A DNA stretch of 64,000 nucleotides, taken from positions 15,128,001 through 15,192,000 of the forward strand of contig OX597821.1 in the NCBI GenBank assembly GCA_951406725.2, given 5' to 3'. Within the stretch, counting starts at the first letter, position 1. Each line of letters begins with the position of its first letter. Source of the stretch: Octopus vulgaris (lineage: Eukaryota). The notes below the pieces were generated by a model. The model was not told where the DNA came from. It was given only the letters and a program-made list of their open reading frames with translations, and made no database searches. A program made the translations under genes and the position numbers. Of the stretch, positions 16,959 to 31,020 are shown piece after piece.

Positions 16959-17400
16959 GCACACACATATAGATATACATATATATATATACACTCACAC
17001 ACACGGTGGCATGTGTGGTACAGTACATACATACATACATAAATACATACATACATACGTACGTATCAGTGCACACACACATGCGTATGTGCGTGCTGTT
17101 AGCCGTCTCCATATAATATACACATGCCACACAGTACACATTTACATATCTCTGGTGCTGTCGATCGCTAACGATCCGCAGCTGCAACTTTATAGTTATT
17201 CAATCGGCAGCCCCAGGTATCCTATAATGAAGTTGTGTGTGTGCATATTCATGATGGCAGCTTCCAAGAATTTTTGGTTACGCGTAAATACTTTTTGTAA
17301 GTTACTAAGTTACTTAAGACTCTCTCACGTGGTGCCGTGTACGTGTGTGTATATGATCGTGTATGCATGTGGGTATTGTGTTTGTGTGAGTCTTTGTGTG

Positions 17401-18200
<800 letters not shown>

Positions 18201-18223
18201 TGTGTGTGTATATGCACTTACCA

Positions 18224-18422
18224 GTGTTTGTCCCATAGCACCGCTTGGCAACTGGTGTTACTGTTCTTACATCCCCGTACCTTAGCGCTCCGTCAAAAGA
18301 GTCCGACAGAATAATTACTAACCTTATTAAATAATTTAAAATTAGGTTCGATTTATTTGACTAAAAATCCTCCAAGGCGATGCCTCAGCATGGCCGCATT
18401 CTAGAGACTGAGGCAAGAAAAA
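18224..18422 (+). mobile_element. Diverged 3' half of SINE group B
   Basis: GTTTGTCCC..GCTTGGCAACTGGTG..CATCCCCGTACCTTAGCG..AAAAGAG..AGAATAA..AAGGCGATGCCTCAGCATGGCCGCA aligns with 29368-29583. Confidence 0.75.
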
Positions 18423-18477
18423 TAATACATGTATATACATATGTGTGTGTGTTTTCTACGAAGATTCTACTTAATAT

Positions 18478-18692
18478 ACACCGTGTCGTGTCCGTTCTTC
18501 TCAGAACGTTAGCCCTCAAGAATTCCCTCTCGGGTGATACCAAGTCATGCCGAATCATAAGGGCCAAATTCCCGGTTCCCATGGCGTATATATGCCCCAC
18601 CTAGACGAGACATCTGTCCATCGCAGGATTACAATCGAAATCACAATCTTACGATCATGACTCCAACACCCTAATCTCTAAGCCACATTCCT
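18478..18692 (-). mobile_element. SINE group C variant with V-domain-like segment
   Basis: Minus head GTGGCTTAGAGATTAGGGTGTTGGAGTCATGATCGTAAGATTGTGATTTCGATT, then CCTGCGATGGACAGATGTCTCGTCTAG, as in 30425-30660. Confidence 0.7.
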
Positions 18693-19290
18693 ACACTAGG
18701 TATTCACCGACAGACGTTTAAGTAGAAAATCAAACACTTCAGTCTCATCGGACGCAGAAGACGTGCGAAGACCATATGACCATCTCTATCGACGACTCCA
18801 CTAAATATTTAAAAAAATGTATCTTTAAAAGCGATATGTTAAATACTCTGTATACCTATCAATTACGCAGCTAGATTGAAGTTAACCAGTGGATTTTAAT
18901 TATTAACGAACTTAAACTTTAGCAAATTGCTCTTAATATTCAATTATTTTTTGCTATTCTTCTATTGTTTGAGAGTTAAACACATTGTTACACCAGCTGT
19001 ATCAGCAACACTAATATGTATTATGTATTACGTGTAGTGTTAACGCCTCTTTTGTACTCCTGGTTAAAGTGGAAGTTATAAGTGCTTTGTTGTATTTCAT
19101 ATTACTTCAAAATTTTAATTAGAATCACAATGAAAATGACAAAGTCTGCTGTCGATAAGACTTTTCCTATTGTTATACAAGACAGATGATAAGAAACTGC
19201 TTTATTTTTATATAGACTTCTATGATCTCATTTAGCGTATTTGAGTCATTAAAAATAATACTTCAATGGCATTAATATCCTAATGATGTA

Positions 19291-19700
19291 AGGTAGCCAG
19301 CAGGACGAATCATTAGCAGCATTTTGATTATCTTAACGTTCTGAGTTCAAATTCTGCCGAAGTCGAATCTGCTTTTTATCGTCTCGGTGTCGATAAAATA
19401 TGTAACAGTCAAGCACGAGTTGATGTAATCGACGTACCCCTTCCCGGAAATTTCTAGCATTATGACAAAATTTGAAACTAATATTATAATGATCTATTAG
19501 CCAGGCAAGATGCACAACAGCCTATCTTCTGGCTTTTTACGTTTTGAGCTCAAATCCTGACTATGTCAGCTGTGTCGTTCATCCTTCCGGGGCCGATAAA
19601 ATAAAGTACCCGTTAAGTACGGAGGTAAATGTAATGCACTAGCACCTCCCACTAAAATTACTGGCCTTGTGTCAAAAGTAGAAAGAATTAGTATTATAAT
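19291..19700 (+). mobile_element. Two diverged head-to-tail SINE group A copies
   Basis: ACGTTCTGAGTTCAAATTC..GTCGATAAAAT and TCATCCTTCCGGGGCCGATAAAATAAGTACC..GGCCTTGTGTCAAAAGTAGAAAG. Confidence 0.75.
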
Positions 19701-19780
19701 GATGTCTACTTAAGCCCATCATATATATGTGTGTGTGTGTTCATCCCTCGCTCTCTCACTTTATATAGATATTCATTTAT

Positions 19781-20058
19781 TCTTTTCTTTTACTTAGTTC
19801 AACCATTTGACTTGGGCCATGATGGAGCACCAATCTATTCGAAGAAATCAACCCCTAAATTTATTCTTTGCAAGCCTGGTACCCACTCTCTCGGTGTCTT
19901 TTGCCAAAGCGCAAGGTTACGGAGAGGTAAACACATCAACATCGGTTGTGAAGCGATGGTGGGGAGGACGCACACAGACTCAGACACACACATAAATACA
20001 TACATACATACATACATATATTACATGCATACATACATATATTACATACATACATTAC

Positions 20059-20114
<56 letters not shown>

Positions 20115-20244
20115 TACGGGATTCTTTCCGTCTACCAAATCCACTCTCAAGGCCTTGGTTGACCCGAGGCCCAAGGTGTACGCCGTGGGGCGGAACCCGG
20201 AACCATGTGGTTTGTAAGCAAGCGTCTTACCACATACCAATGCC
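19781..20244 (-). mobile_element. Diverged SINE group B copy with internal microsatellite
   Basis: Aligns along its length with 59528-59957. Confidence 0.8.
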
Positions 20245-20248
20245 ATAT

Positions 20249-20304
<56 letters not shown>

Positions 20305-21239
20305 CATATATATACATATATATATATATTAAATATCCCAATGTTGTACACAAAGATGTCGGTATCCATGACTGATATTAGCAAAAGATCAAAGCGTATA
20401 CATTTGTGAGTATGTGTATGTGTATGCGTGTATGTGAGTGAGAGAGGAGGGAATTCAACAGAAAAATTACAGAAAATTAATAGAGCTTGGAGTGAAAAAA
20501 CAAAAATCACATCCGTCGAAATGTTTTTCAATGTATCTGAAACAATAACAGAGGTTGTACCGCAACTACTAAGAAATGCATTACAGAAAACACAGCACAA
20601 AATATTATCAGGCAAAAAAAAAATTTTTTTAAATTGATAACGTAATCTTTCATTATTTTTTAGTCTAATTTATATGATATGAAAAATAAAAACGTCTTGT
20701 TTACTTTTCGTTTTTTGTTCAGTATTTGTTTCTCTTCATCAATTATATTCTTTAAATATCTTGACCTCAATATTATCATTAAGCTAACAATTACTTCATT
20801 ATGGTGTTTATTATTATCAGTTTTTAATCTCAGATTAACACTTCAGCATGTTTATTGCTGTCAGAAACATCATCGATTTTGTCAGTTGCTAGATAAAATG
20901 AGTAAACCTTATTTGTATTCTAAATACACATAGCTCTAAGATTTTTATTTAATTTTCAATGTAGTATTGGTTAAGTTATCCACAGTTATACATATTTGAA
21001 TTCCCCATACATATGTATAATTATAATTCACAATCGTCCTCAAACACTCATAGAAATGAAAAAAAGCTGAAGCCGTTAAAATAGCTGTTGTCAGCTAAAC
21101 TTGGATTTTTTCCTTTAATGAAACTATTATTCATTACAAACAATACCTTTTTTTTTATTTATTTATTGAACACTAATTGTTTAAAAAGCTCTTACTAAAT
21201 ATTCAGATATTTCCAACGCGTTAACACTTTACCACCAGG

Positions 21240-21490
21240 TGAATAATAATAATAATGATGAAGAGGATGATGATGACGATGATGATGATGAAGATGATGA
21301 TAATAATAATAATAAGAAGAAGAAGAAGAAGAGGAAGAACATTGATGATAATAACGTCGCTGTTGATAATAATGGTTATTTCGTTATTATTATTATTATT
21401 ACTATCATCATCATCACCATCATCATCGTCTTCGTTTTTGTTGTTCCTAATTTCGAAATCATCCCTGCAGATTATTATTATTATTACTCT
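21240..21490. repeat. Mosaic trinucleotide low-complexity tract (TAA/GAT/AAG then ATT/CAT)
   Basis: Directly visible; gives the poly-N/D/K/I ORF. Confidence 0.9.
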
Positions 21491-21991
21491 CGGTGTTGTA
21501 GTTTTCTTTGCTACGGTTGGTTATTCTGGTTTTAGAGAATTTGTTTAAATAAGCGGAAAACAAAAGAGATAATTGGAAACCATTCCAATTATGAGTTTGT
21601 AATCAATGAATCTTTTGCTTCCTCTTTGTTTTGTTACTGTATTTCAGAGACGTAAAAAGAAATTAAGTTGAACTGGAAGACGGGAAAAGTGGAATAAGGA
21701 ATAAGAAATAACAAGTAATAAATACGAAAAATGGTATAAATATTAGGAGTAATAATATTATTGTTAGTTGTTTTATTAGCTGCAACATTTCAGATTTCTT
21801 CACTTCTAAGTTTTTTTTTACATCTCGGTTACTGCTTCTTCTTCTCCTTCTTCCTCCTCCTCCCCCTCATCTTCCTCCTCCTCGTCTCTTTTTTTCTCTT
21901 TCTTCTAACAGTAGGATCAGTAATGGTGAATATGTCGTTTTTTATAATGCTAGAAATTGCAGGCAAAACCTAATCAAAGAAAACACTCGTC

Positions 21992-22596
21992 GGATCTTTT
22001 CGGTTTGAACGGTAGTTTTTAACATAATTTCTAGGTAACTAAAAAATGTTAAACTTCGTATTCTGGTAGAATGTGTTTATAAAACATCTTTTTCTCTTGG
22101 CTTTATTGAGAAAATTCTATCGTTTGAAAGATATTTATAAGATATTTTCTTCAATTTTGGCAATTTCAACCAATCAGTGAGGTGTATTTGAGGTGAAAAC
22201 ATTCTGTGCCGTATGAATATGTCCCTCGTTTAAGAAAGAGATTGGGTTTATTTACATTTCTGAAGAAAAAAGATACCCTTCCCGTGGTTGGTTAGCAAGC
22301 TACTAACCACACAGTCACTCCTGCGCCTGATATGTTGATATATATTTCTTATTCTTTCTTCCTCTACCCGTTCCTTAAACCCTACGTACCCACCACAAAC
22401 TTCAACCTTCCGTTGATTGCCGTGACGCAAAGATTCGAAACTAGGTGGCCCACTGACCGGCCGTTTACACTAACCCTAACTAACCCTAACCCTAAAACAG
22501 ATTGAAATGCAATAAATCGATACTAGGGTCATAATTATGGGAGAAAATTTCATATGACAACGCTGGAAAAAACTGCCGTTCAAACCGAAAAGATGC
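21992..22596. mobile_element. Non-autonomous TIR DNA transposon (MITE) with 8-bp TSD and internal TAACCC repeats
   Basis: Left GGATCTTTTCGGTTTGAACGGTAGTTTTT; right AAAAACTGCCGTTCAAACCGAAAAGATGC; flanks CACTCGTC (21984-21991) and CACTCTTC (22597-22604). A GG start with 8-bp TSD suggests Merlin; MULE or hAT not excluded. Confidence 0.88.
22284..22471 (+). repeat. 188-bp direct copy of 23243-23430 lodged inside the MITE
   Basis: Ungapped alignment, five substitutions counted by eye. Confidence 0.95.
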
Positions 22597-22900
22597 CACT
22601 CTTCTAGTACCTGAAAACGGATGCACTGGCCAATGTAAATTATGATAAAGACCACAAAGGAAACGCTGACAGCTTGACTGTGTTTGCTAATTGCTCATTG
22701 GATGCTTGTGACCTGGGTCAAACAAAGATATCTGCAATGTTACCGTGAATGAAGTCGTCATATCAAGGTGAACTATCTTAATCACGAAAATATTGCACTT
22801 CAGAATATTAAAGCTGATATCCCAGCAAGTATAGCATTAATACAAACCGGTTAACAATCGAGTTCAGTTCAGTAAATCGGAGCATACTCGCTCTCTCTCT

Positions 22901-23286
22901 CTTTACTCTTTTACTTGTTTCAGTCATTTGACTGCGGCCATGCTGGAGCACCGCCTTTAGTCGAGCAAATCGACCCCGGGACTTATTCTTTGTAAGCCCA
23001 GTACTTATTCTATCGGTCTCTTTTGCCGAACCGCTAAGTGACGGGGACGTAAACATACCAGCATCGGTTGTCAAGCAATGCTAGGGGGACAAACACGCAT
23101 ATATACATATATATACATATATACGACTAGCTTCTTTCAGTTTCCGTCTACCAAATCCACTCACAAGGCATTGGTCGGCCCGGGGCTATAGCAGAAGACA
23201 CTTGCCCAAGATGTCACGCAGTGGGACTGAACCCGGAACCATGTGGTTGGTTGGCAAGCTACTAACCACACAGTCACTCCTGCGCC
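22901..23286 (-). mobile_element. Full-length SINE group B (tRNA head, CORE-like CTTGGGCAAGTGTCTT, (GAGTAAAA)n tail)
   Basis: Nearly identical to 59528-59957; B box GGTTCAGTCCC. Confidence 0.92.
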
Positions 23287-23352
23287 TGATATGTTGATAT
23301 ATATTTCGTATCCTTTCTTCTTCTACCCGTTCCTTAAACCCTACGTACTCAC

Positions 23353-23428
23353 CACAAACTTCAACCTTCCGTTGATTGCCGTGACGCAAAGATTCGAAAC
23401 TAGGTGGCCCACTGACCGGCCGTTTACA
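23353..23428 (-). other. Candidate 76-nt exon of an unidentified transcript
   Basis: GTTTACAG| acceptor, TG|GTGAGT donor, CpG-rich relative to background, two of three frames open. No recognisable protein and weak polypyrimidine tract. Confidence 0.25.
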
Positions 23429-23558
23429 CTGTAAACATGCCAGTTTAGCCCAATAATTTCAATGAAGCTTGTCCGAACAATTGATCAGATTCATCATTAA
23501 ATTCAACCATTTATAAGACAATTAATATCGTCTCAACTGTTGATAATAAGAGTTTTCG

Positions 23559-23628
<70 letters not shown>

Positions 23629-23632
<4 letters not shown>

Positions 23633-23834
23633 TAATCCAAACATGAACAAAGAGAAAACACAACAATGCGAGGACGTGGAACAAGCATAGTGTTATTGGA
23701 CGCTCAGGAAAGGAAAGATAGAAGGAGGACTTAACGTTTCGAGCGGAGCTCTGCGTCAGAAACATAGAAAAAAGAAAGGTCCAAGGAAGAGAAGACAGAG
23801 AAAGAAAATCGCCAACGATACACACGCGGTCACA

Positions 23835-23835
<1 letters not shown>
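23629..23835 (-). mobile_element. Short HHR-bearing element in microsatellite (Penelope-like pLTR remnant)
   Basis: Homologous to 51988-52197; minus strand TTT-CTGACGC-A-GAGC-TCC-GCTC-GAAA-CG-TT-AAG at 23729-23763. Confidence 0.7.
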
Positions 23836-23873
<38 letters not shown>

Positions 23874-24110
23874 ATGTATCTATATATATATATCTATATA
23901 TATATACGCATAATGTATACACAAACACACACACATACACACAAACACCTACATATATAAATGAGAAATCGGTGGCGATCTGGCTATGCCCAGCACTTAG
24001 GCAGCTTGCCTCCCTTGTCAGTCAATAAGATGGTGCTTATTGTGGCTATGAGCATTTATAGAACACAGTCCTATATAAAATCAACAACCAAATTAAACAT
24101 GGAGAAGAAA

Positions 24111-24169
<59 letters not shown>

Positions 24170-25959
24170 TTTCGACACATACATATGCTTCAGGATTCGT
24201 ATTGTAAATGCACCAATTGTGTACTGTAAATTCATTCAGATCAATTTCGGATGAAAGGTGTGCAGAGAACAAATGCTTTGATTCACATAGCAACTCGTAT
24301 CGTTGACTTTCTCAGAAATATAATCCAATTCCATAATACTTTCTTACGTATATTTATCATACATTTATATCATCGTATATATTCATGTTTGAAATGTTAC
24401 AATCTTTCGTTAATCTAAATATGTGCACCTATGTGAATCGTAAGGGAACGACGAAAAGCAGCAAATTCTGATAATGGTTTATAGAAAGTACATGATGCTT
24501 TATAATGAAGTCAAAGCTATTGTCTCGCGTGTAAAATTAATAAATGGTTTCCTTACAGTTTTATTTTTACTAGTTGACCGGATAAATACATTATATTAAG
24601 ATTAACAATATTGTTAACGTAAGAAGATTTATGTTAATACTTGTCTGAGTAGTTAATTGTCATTAACTACACATTAGTTTAATAGTCGGAAAATTTAAAT
24701 CCACTATATGGAATACAGGAATAAATACAGGAGAATACTCTTTGATACATACGCACAATGAATTACAAATACTGAGGGAGCAACTTCTAAGACATGCGCA
24801 ATCTTAACGAATAAGAATTAATAGATTATGAAGATAAAGTTGATAATTTATACAAATATGAAAATTATGTGTAACAGGAGAAGCTACGTATTGTATAAGG
24901 TTATGTTGTATATTGATGATGTTTAGTTTGTGTTTTGTTTTGTTTTTTACTCTTGGGTCCTTTTTACATGTTATAATTTGTCAGTTTAGAATTTTAACAC
25001 ACCATCTCAAACATTTTAAAGTGTACCTTGAGTTAGAGATTTTAAAGTGTATTTTAAGCTAGAGACTTAAAGAATTATAACGTGATCATAGTCTCTTGAC
25101 GCATTCAACGTAACTCATTTGCGATACAGTCTTGGCAGTTTTTGTTTCCTATGCAGTCTATAGCAGCTATGAAATGTTTTCTATAGACTGAAGGACGTAA
25201 GATTTAAAAAGAAATTTCTTCGTGGAGTATGTGTATACCTAAAAAATAATAATAAATAAAAACTTTTACATTTAAATAGAAGTGTTTACTGAAAATGAAA
25301 GTAGTGTAATATTTGAACGTGTAATCAAGTCGCTTATTTATATAGAAATGTATATATGTCAGAGATAATAAGTCATAAAGTACGCTTTAATACACTAAGA
25401 TATTTTTAACATGATTTATTTGAAATTTAGCAGCATGCCAAAAGATAGGTGTTGCACAAGTACAACAGATTTACTTATGCAAAGCACAATAGTGCAACTT
25501 TATTATATATTAGTGAGGCAAGACAGAAACACCAGGTGGGTATGTACGTTAAATGTTAACAATAGATTTCATTACTTAGAAGATGAATGCAGCTCGAAAA
25601 AGCAGAAAGCTGTAAACTATTAAACGGCAAATCTCATATAATCTACAACAAATAAACGTCGTCACCTGAGAGGCTACACAGTACATTTCTCGTAACAATT
25701 ATTTTTTATTTTCTAAAAACACCAACCCGAACTTTTGTCACTGCACTCGGAGGTATATGTGCAACACAACACCTCTCTATCTTCATAGTTATCACAAAAG
25801 TTAAGTGTTGAATAAAGAAAAGCCGTTTTAAATTTGCGCAATATTCTCGAATATTTAGTTTCTTTCGAGAAAGACGTGCACCTTGGTTACAGAATAAATA
25901 GATGCAATTCAAAGAACCCACTTCACCATACAGTCACAGACTATATTGCAATAACATAG

Positions 25960-26128
25960 TCGCGGGCGTCTCTGTGTGGTAAGAATCTTGCTTCCCAATA
26001 AAATGGTTCCGGGTTCAGTCTCAATGCATGACACCTTGAACAGGTGTTTTCTACTATAGCCTCAGGCCAACCAAAACCTTGTGAGTGGATTTAGTAGACA
26101 GAAACTGAAAGACGCCTGTTGTATGTAC

Positions 26129-26174
<46 letters not shown>

Positions 26175-26425
26175 GCGCGCGTGCGTGTATATGCGTGTGT
26201 GTGTGTTTTTGTGTCCGTGTGTGTATCGCAACGCCGCTTAACAACTGGAGCGATTGTTTTAACGTGGCCGAAAATTTGTAGTTCGGTAAAAGGGACGACA
26301 GTGTAAGTACCAGGCTTCAAAATATAAGAAATAGGGTCGATTCATTTGACTAAAAATAATCTAAGGTGGTGCTCCAGTACGGTCGCACTCTAATGACTGA
26401 AAGAAGTAAAAGATAAAAGATAAAA
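25960..26425 (+). mobile_element. Diverged full-length SINE group B
   Basis: Head TGTGTGGTAAG..GGTTCCGGGTTCAGTC, internal (TG)n, tail AAGGTGGTGCTCCAG..ATGACTGAAAGAAGTAAAAGATAAAAG. Confidence 0.85.
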
Positions 26426-26509
26426 GCACCCGAAAGGAAAAAATAAAATCACATTATCACAATAAAGAGTGAAATATAACACAAAATATAGCTGAAACTC
26501 ATGACCGTT

Positions 26510-26716
26510 TTTATAATAGGCTAAAATCACGAAATTTGAGGGAGGGATAGTTGATAACATCAACCTCAGTATTTGACTGTTACTTAATTTATCGACACCT
26601 AAAGGAAGACAAGCAAAGTCAACCTCGGTGGAATTTGAACACGGATCGTAAAGACGGACGAAATGACACAAAGAATTTTGTTCATCGTGCTAACGATTCT
26701 GCCAGCTCGCCGCCTT
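26510..26716 (-). mobile_element. SINE group A
   Basis: Plus strand GCTAACGATTCTGCCAGCTCGCCGCC (head, reversed), GCAAAGTCAACCTCGGTGGAATTTGAAC. Confidence 0.85.
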
Positions 26717-27552
26717 ATAGCTGAAACTAATAATGCGATGTATAAATTCTATTGCGAGTACAAATGTCACAAACTGTATGAATCAAAGGCAACATTAAAT
26801 CATCATTTACCCGCGCATTTACAATAACGAGGCATAGCAATATGGCAATACAGTACACGAATCAAAATCATAGAAAAACAATAAATGATAGCATTACAAT
26901 TCTATATAGAATACCTCACAAAATGGTAAAGTATGCATTAACGGCTTGCTAATAGTAATATATAAGCCAAAATGAACACAGATAAAACATACAGCATTAA
27001 TTTGGAAGGCCAGGAGAGTTAACCATTCAATAATTTTAAAATTTGCTTTTGAAATAAAAGATTCACCGTACATGCATGGTTCGTTGCGATCCAACGCAAA
27101 GCACGCGAAAACACGCCATTTTACAATTATTTTATTCTGTGGATAGAGATAAAATTGCTTTCCAATGTTAATGGATTTAGGAGTGCTAACGTTCGAGAAC
27201 GAACATAAATGACAAGGACAAACATATGAAAATTCCTTCATAAATAACGACAAATTTCAATATCGCCGTGTCTTAAAGGCCATTCAACTGTATATGCAAT
27301 ATTGTGTTTAACAAAAGATGACGTAATACATTATGTAAATATTTCTCTGCAAGGTCAAATCCATATATGAAAATAAACTATCAAAATGCTGATAAACACG
27401 AAGATAATAATAATCTTTAAAATTGAAAATCTTGTTTGAATTCAAACAAAAATCCTACCCAAGAACATACACATATCCAAAAGCAGATTTCACCATCGTA
27501 TTTACAAAGATACACTGGCAGGCAATAGGGAAATCTATCTATCTACATACAT

Positions 27553-27624
<72 letters not shown>

Positions 27625-27670
27625 GAATGTGAGTATGTATACATATTAAACACATACGCACTCTTGATGA

Positions 27671-27706
<36 letters not shown>

Positions 27707-27812
27707 CTGTCTATGTGTATAACTGGGGGGGGGGTGTATTGAAACGAATAATCCAGAATGCATTTTGATATAAACTGTGTAGAATGTATATGTATATACA
27801 TATACATACATG

Positions 27813-27854
<42 letters not shown>

Positions 27855-28545
27855 GGTGTATGTATATATTATATATATATACACAGGATAAATTTTTTCA
27901 AAGAATTTCAAAGAATACTTTTTAAGGTGAAAATTATAAACAATTATAAATGAGGGCGACAGAAAAATGTCTATGCCAATATGCCGATAAATAGACGTTG
28001 AATCATCAAACACCATATACAATATACATCACTATAAATACACAACATGTTTAGAGGAAGGAAGCACACCTGTAAAGGTATTTTAATATGCTGGCCTCTT
28101 GACATTTTTTGAAAAATTTTATCCTATATTAGAAGTAAATTATTACCATTAACTTCGGGTCTGATGACCACTCTAAGTTGTGGTTCCTGGCCGATTACAC
28201 GTGCGTTGAGGCTTGCTACGGAATTTATATTTAGCTATATTTGGCGCGCTTATGTGTACACATGACTTTGATTCTGCTATTTTCCATGGGTGCTTGTAAG
28301 TATATTGTTTATTTCTTATCGCATTCTGTGCTGAAGACGGAAATATCCGTTGGATTAATCCCGGAATCTATCGATACAGAAATAATGCATTTAAAAAAAA
28401 AATTCAGTTAGCTTGCTTCCCTCGATTCAACACGATGTGTATTTACAGTGATGTATAATGCCTGTGCTATTGGACGATTTAAAGTCTACTTATCAGCATT
28501 ATCAGCATATTGGCATAGAAAGTTTTCTTTTCCCCTTATAGATAA

Positions 28546-28646
28546 ACAGCAAGAAATGTATTAGGACATGAAATGTAAAAGCCGGACTAAATTGTTTTAT
28601 GCGCAACTCCATTGTCTCCCGAGACAAAAACGATGCCAACAACAAC
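28546..28646 (+). mobile_element. RTE-clade LINE 3' tail, same family as 3981-4407
   Basis: GGACATGAAATGTAAAAGCCGGACTA..TATGCGCAACTCCATTGTCTCCCGAGACAAAAACGATGCCAACAACAAC is the reverse complement of 3981-4075. Confidence 0.9.
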
Positions 28647-28649
28647 ATA

Positions 28650-28697
<48 letters not shown>

Positions 28698-29009
28698 TGC
28701 GTACATATGTGCAGGTGTTGTGCCTATATACAAAAGCATTCCATATATTAGAAATTAACATTGCGTTTCAGAAAGTTTTGCCATATCAAATTCCGTAGGG
28801 GAAAAATTCACCATTGACTTCGAAGCTCACTAATCCCATATAACGTAGAAGTCAATAGCAAATTCACGTTACGTCTGGCATGATAGATCTTCTAACACAA
28901 AATATTTTAAATCTATAAAACATTTTTCATATCCAATATTTCAATCGAACTTGATTGCTAACACTCAAAATAATTTCTCCACAGAGAAGCGGAAGATTTT
29001 TGTTGGTTT

Positions 29010-29320
29010 TAGCAATTGTACATCTGAGGGACTATATACGAATTTTTGGATCTATGCAACACAATAGTAAATTGGGGATTCACAATAGTATTTTTTGAAA
29101 CCCAGAAAAAATTTTGCGTTCGAAGTAACTATTAGTATGTATTGCAAGAAACAGCTCGGGTTCTTTCTCTAACGGTTTACATAGTAAAGCATACACAATC
29201 TAATGTGTTAAAAACAAAATAGGAATATTGACAGAAGTATCTATAAAACTGGTTTATATATCGAATGGTTATGGAGGTCCGCCGAAGGGGTCCATTGATA
29301 AAAAATGGTTGAGACAAGCT
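29010..29320. mobile_element. Possible decayed hAT-type non-autonomous element
   Basis: End AAAAAATGGTTGAGACAAGCTG resembles the CAG(T/G)GGTTCTCAACC class of hAT TIRs; partner TIR not found. Confidence 0.35.
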
Positions 29321-29367
29321 GATATAATATAACATAATATTTATACTGATACATCAATGTATATGTG

Positions 29368-29580
29368 TGTGTTTGTGTGTCTGTGTTTGTCCCCCTAGCA
29401 TTGCTTGACAACCGATGCTGGTGTGTTTATGTTCCCGTTACTTAGCGGTTCGGCAAAAGGGACCGATAGAATAAGTACTGGGCTTACAGAACAATAAGTC
29501 TCGGGGTCGAGTTGCTCGATTAAAGGCGGTGCTCCAGCATGGCCGCAGTCAAATGACTGAAACAAGTAAAAGAGTAAAAG

Positions 29581-29583
<3 letters not shown>
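29368..29583 (+). mobile_element. 3' half of SINE group B, low divergence
   Basis: Reverse complement of 59528-59740 with few changes. Confidence 0.9.
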
Positions 29584-29621
<38 letters not shown>

Positions 29622-29809
29622 CACACACACACACACACAAATAAACAGATATATAGATGGGCATATACACACAGAAACACACACATATATAAATGTGTTT
29701 GTGCATGGAAATGAATGTGGACGGGTATGAATGAATATATATTTATCTGTGTGTGCATGTGCGTGGTTAAATATGAATACACACACAGGCACACACACGT
29801 GCACATACA

Positions 29810-29845
<36 letters not shown>

Positions 29846-30104
29846 CATGTGTATATAGATATATATGTATACATGTATATATATATATAGTATGTATGTA
29901 TGCATGCAAGCATGTATGTATGCATGTAAGTATGCATGTATGTATGCAGTTGTGTATGTATGCATGTATGTATCTGTGTGTGTATATATATATGTGTGTG
30001 TAAGTTTTCTATGTACCCCACATAAATAGGTCTTTTGATTATTTATATTCAATTTTCTGTAATGTAATGATTCCTCTAGGTTGTAATTGTTATTTTAGTT
30101 TAAT

Positions 30105-30107
<3 letters not shown>

Positions 30108-30158
<51 letters not shown>

Positions 30159-30357
30159 CCCAAATTTTGTCACAAAGAGACAATTTTGTGGTAGGAGGTA
30201 AGTTGATCACATGGAACTCAGTACTTATCCACCCTTAACATACTTATCCAATACAAAACAAAGTCGACCTCGGCGGAAATTGAACTCGGAAGGTAAATAT
30301 GCATGAGATAACTCTAGCATCTTGTTAGGCCTGTTAACGATTCTGGCGGCTCACCGT
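30108..30357 (-). mobile_element. SINE group A with expanded (TTA)n tail
   Basis: CAAAGTCGACCTCGGCGGAAATTGAACTC and TAACGATTCTGGCGGCTCACCG, preceded by (TAA)n. Confidence 0.75.
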
Positions 30358-30424
30358 TCTAATAACACCAGCCGCAGCAGCAACAACAACGACGACGACG
30401 ATGACTTTTGGCATAGAACACACA

Positions 30425-30660
30425 AATAAATGCGCCCTGTTAAGGCCTAGCCAGGCTCATGGGCTCGGTTTCCCGGTTTCTATGGCGTGTGTGTTCCCCA
30501 GCTGGACGGAACGCCATTCCATCGCAGCGTTACTCATTTTTGCCAGCTGAGTGGAAATGAAGTGTTTTTCTCAAGAACACAACGCGTCGCCCTGTCCAGG
30601 AATCGAAACCAGATTCTTACGATCTTGGTGCTGACACCCTAACCACTAAGTCACGCGCCT
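30425..30660 (-). mobile_element. SINE group C variant (tRNA head, CORE-like and V-domain-like body) with 11-bp TSD
   Basis: Minus head GGCGCGTGACTTAGTGGTTAGGG..GGTTTCGATTCC; CTGCGATGGAATGGCGTTCCGTCCAG; TSD CATAGAACACA at 30412-30422 and 30664-30674. Confidence 0.88.
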
Positions 30661-31020
30661 CAACATAGAACACATAGATTATCATAATTACCTAAATGGT
30701 TCTTATGTAAAGCGTGAATTAATAGAAACTTAAAATCGATGAATTAGCTTAAATATAATCATTAGAATCAATAAAGTTAACTAAACATTAAATGGTATAT
30801 AGAGTCACGTTGTAGGAAATACTAATGGCATCTGAACTGATATTTTCTGGAAAGTAATTCGGTATTTTAATTATTTTAATTTGCATATCATTAACGCTTT
30901 TAGTGATTTTTGTTCTTTTGAATTCTACGCTATATTACCAGGTTCGATGCCATTTCGCAGAATGATACGCATTGAAGCATACATACGTATATTCAGAGAA
31001 AGAAGGGTACGAGATAGATA

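Noticed and set aside
21239-21548. Acidic/basic low-complexity ORF resembling a nuclear protein
   Set aside because: A chain of trinucleotide microsatellites with no unique coding sequence or splice support.
22471-22494. Interstitial telomere or chromosome fusion scar
   Set aside because: Only about three TAACCC units, and they lie inside a TIR element.
26894-27253. 119-aa ORF in non-repetitive DNA
   Set aside because: No recognisable motif, non-ATG start and no convincing splice sites.
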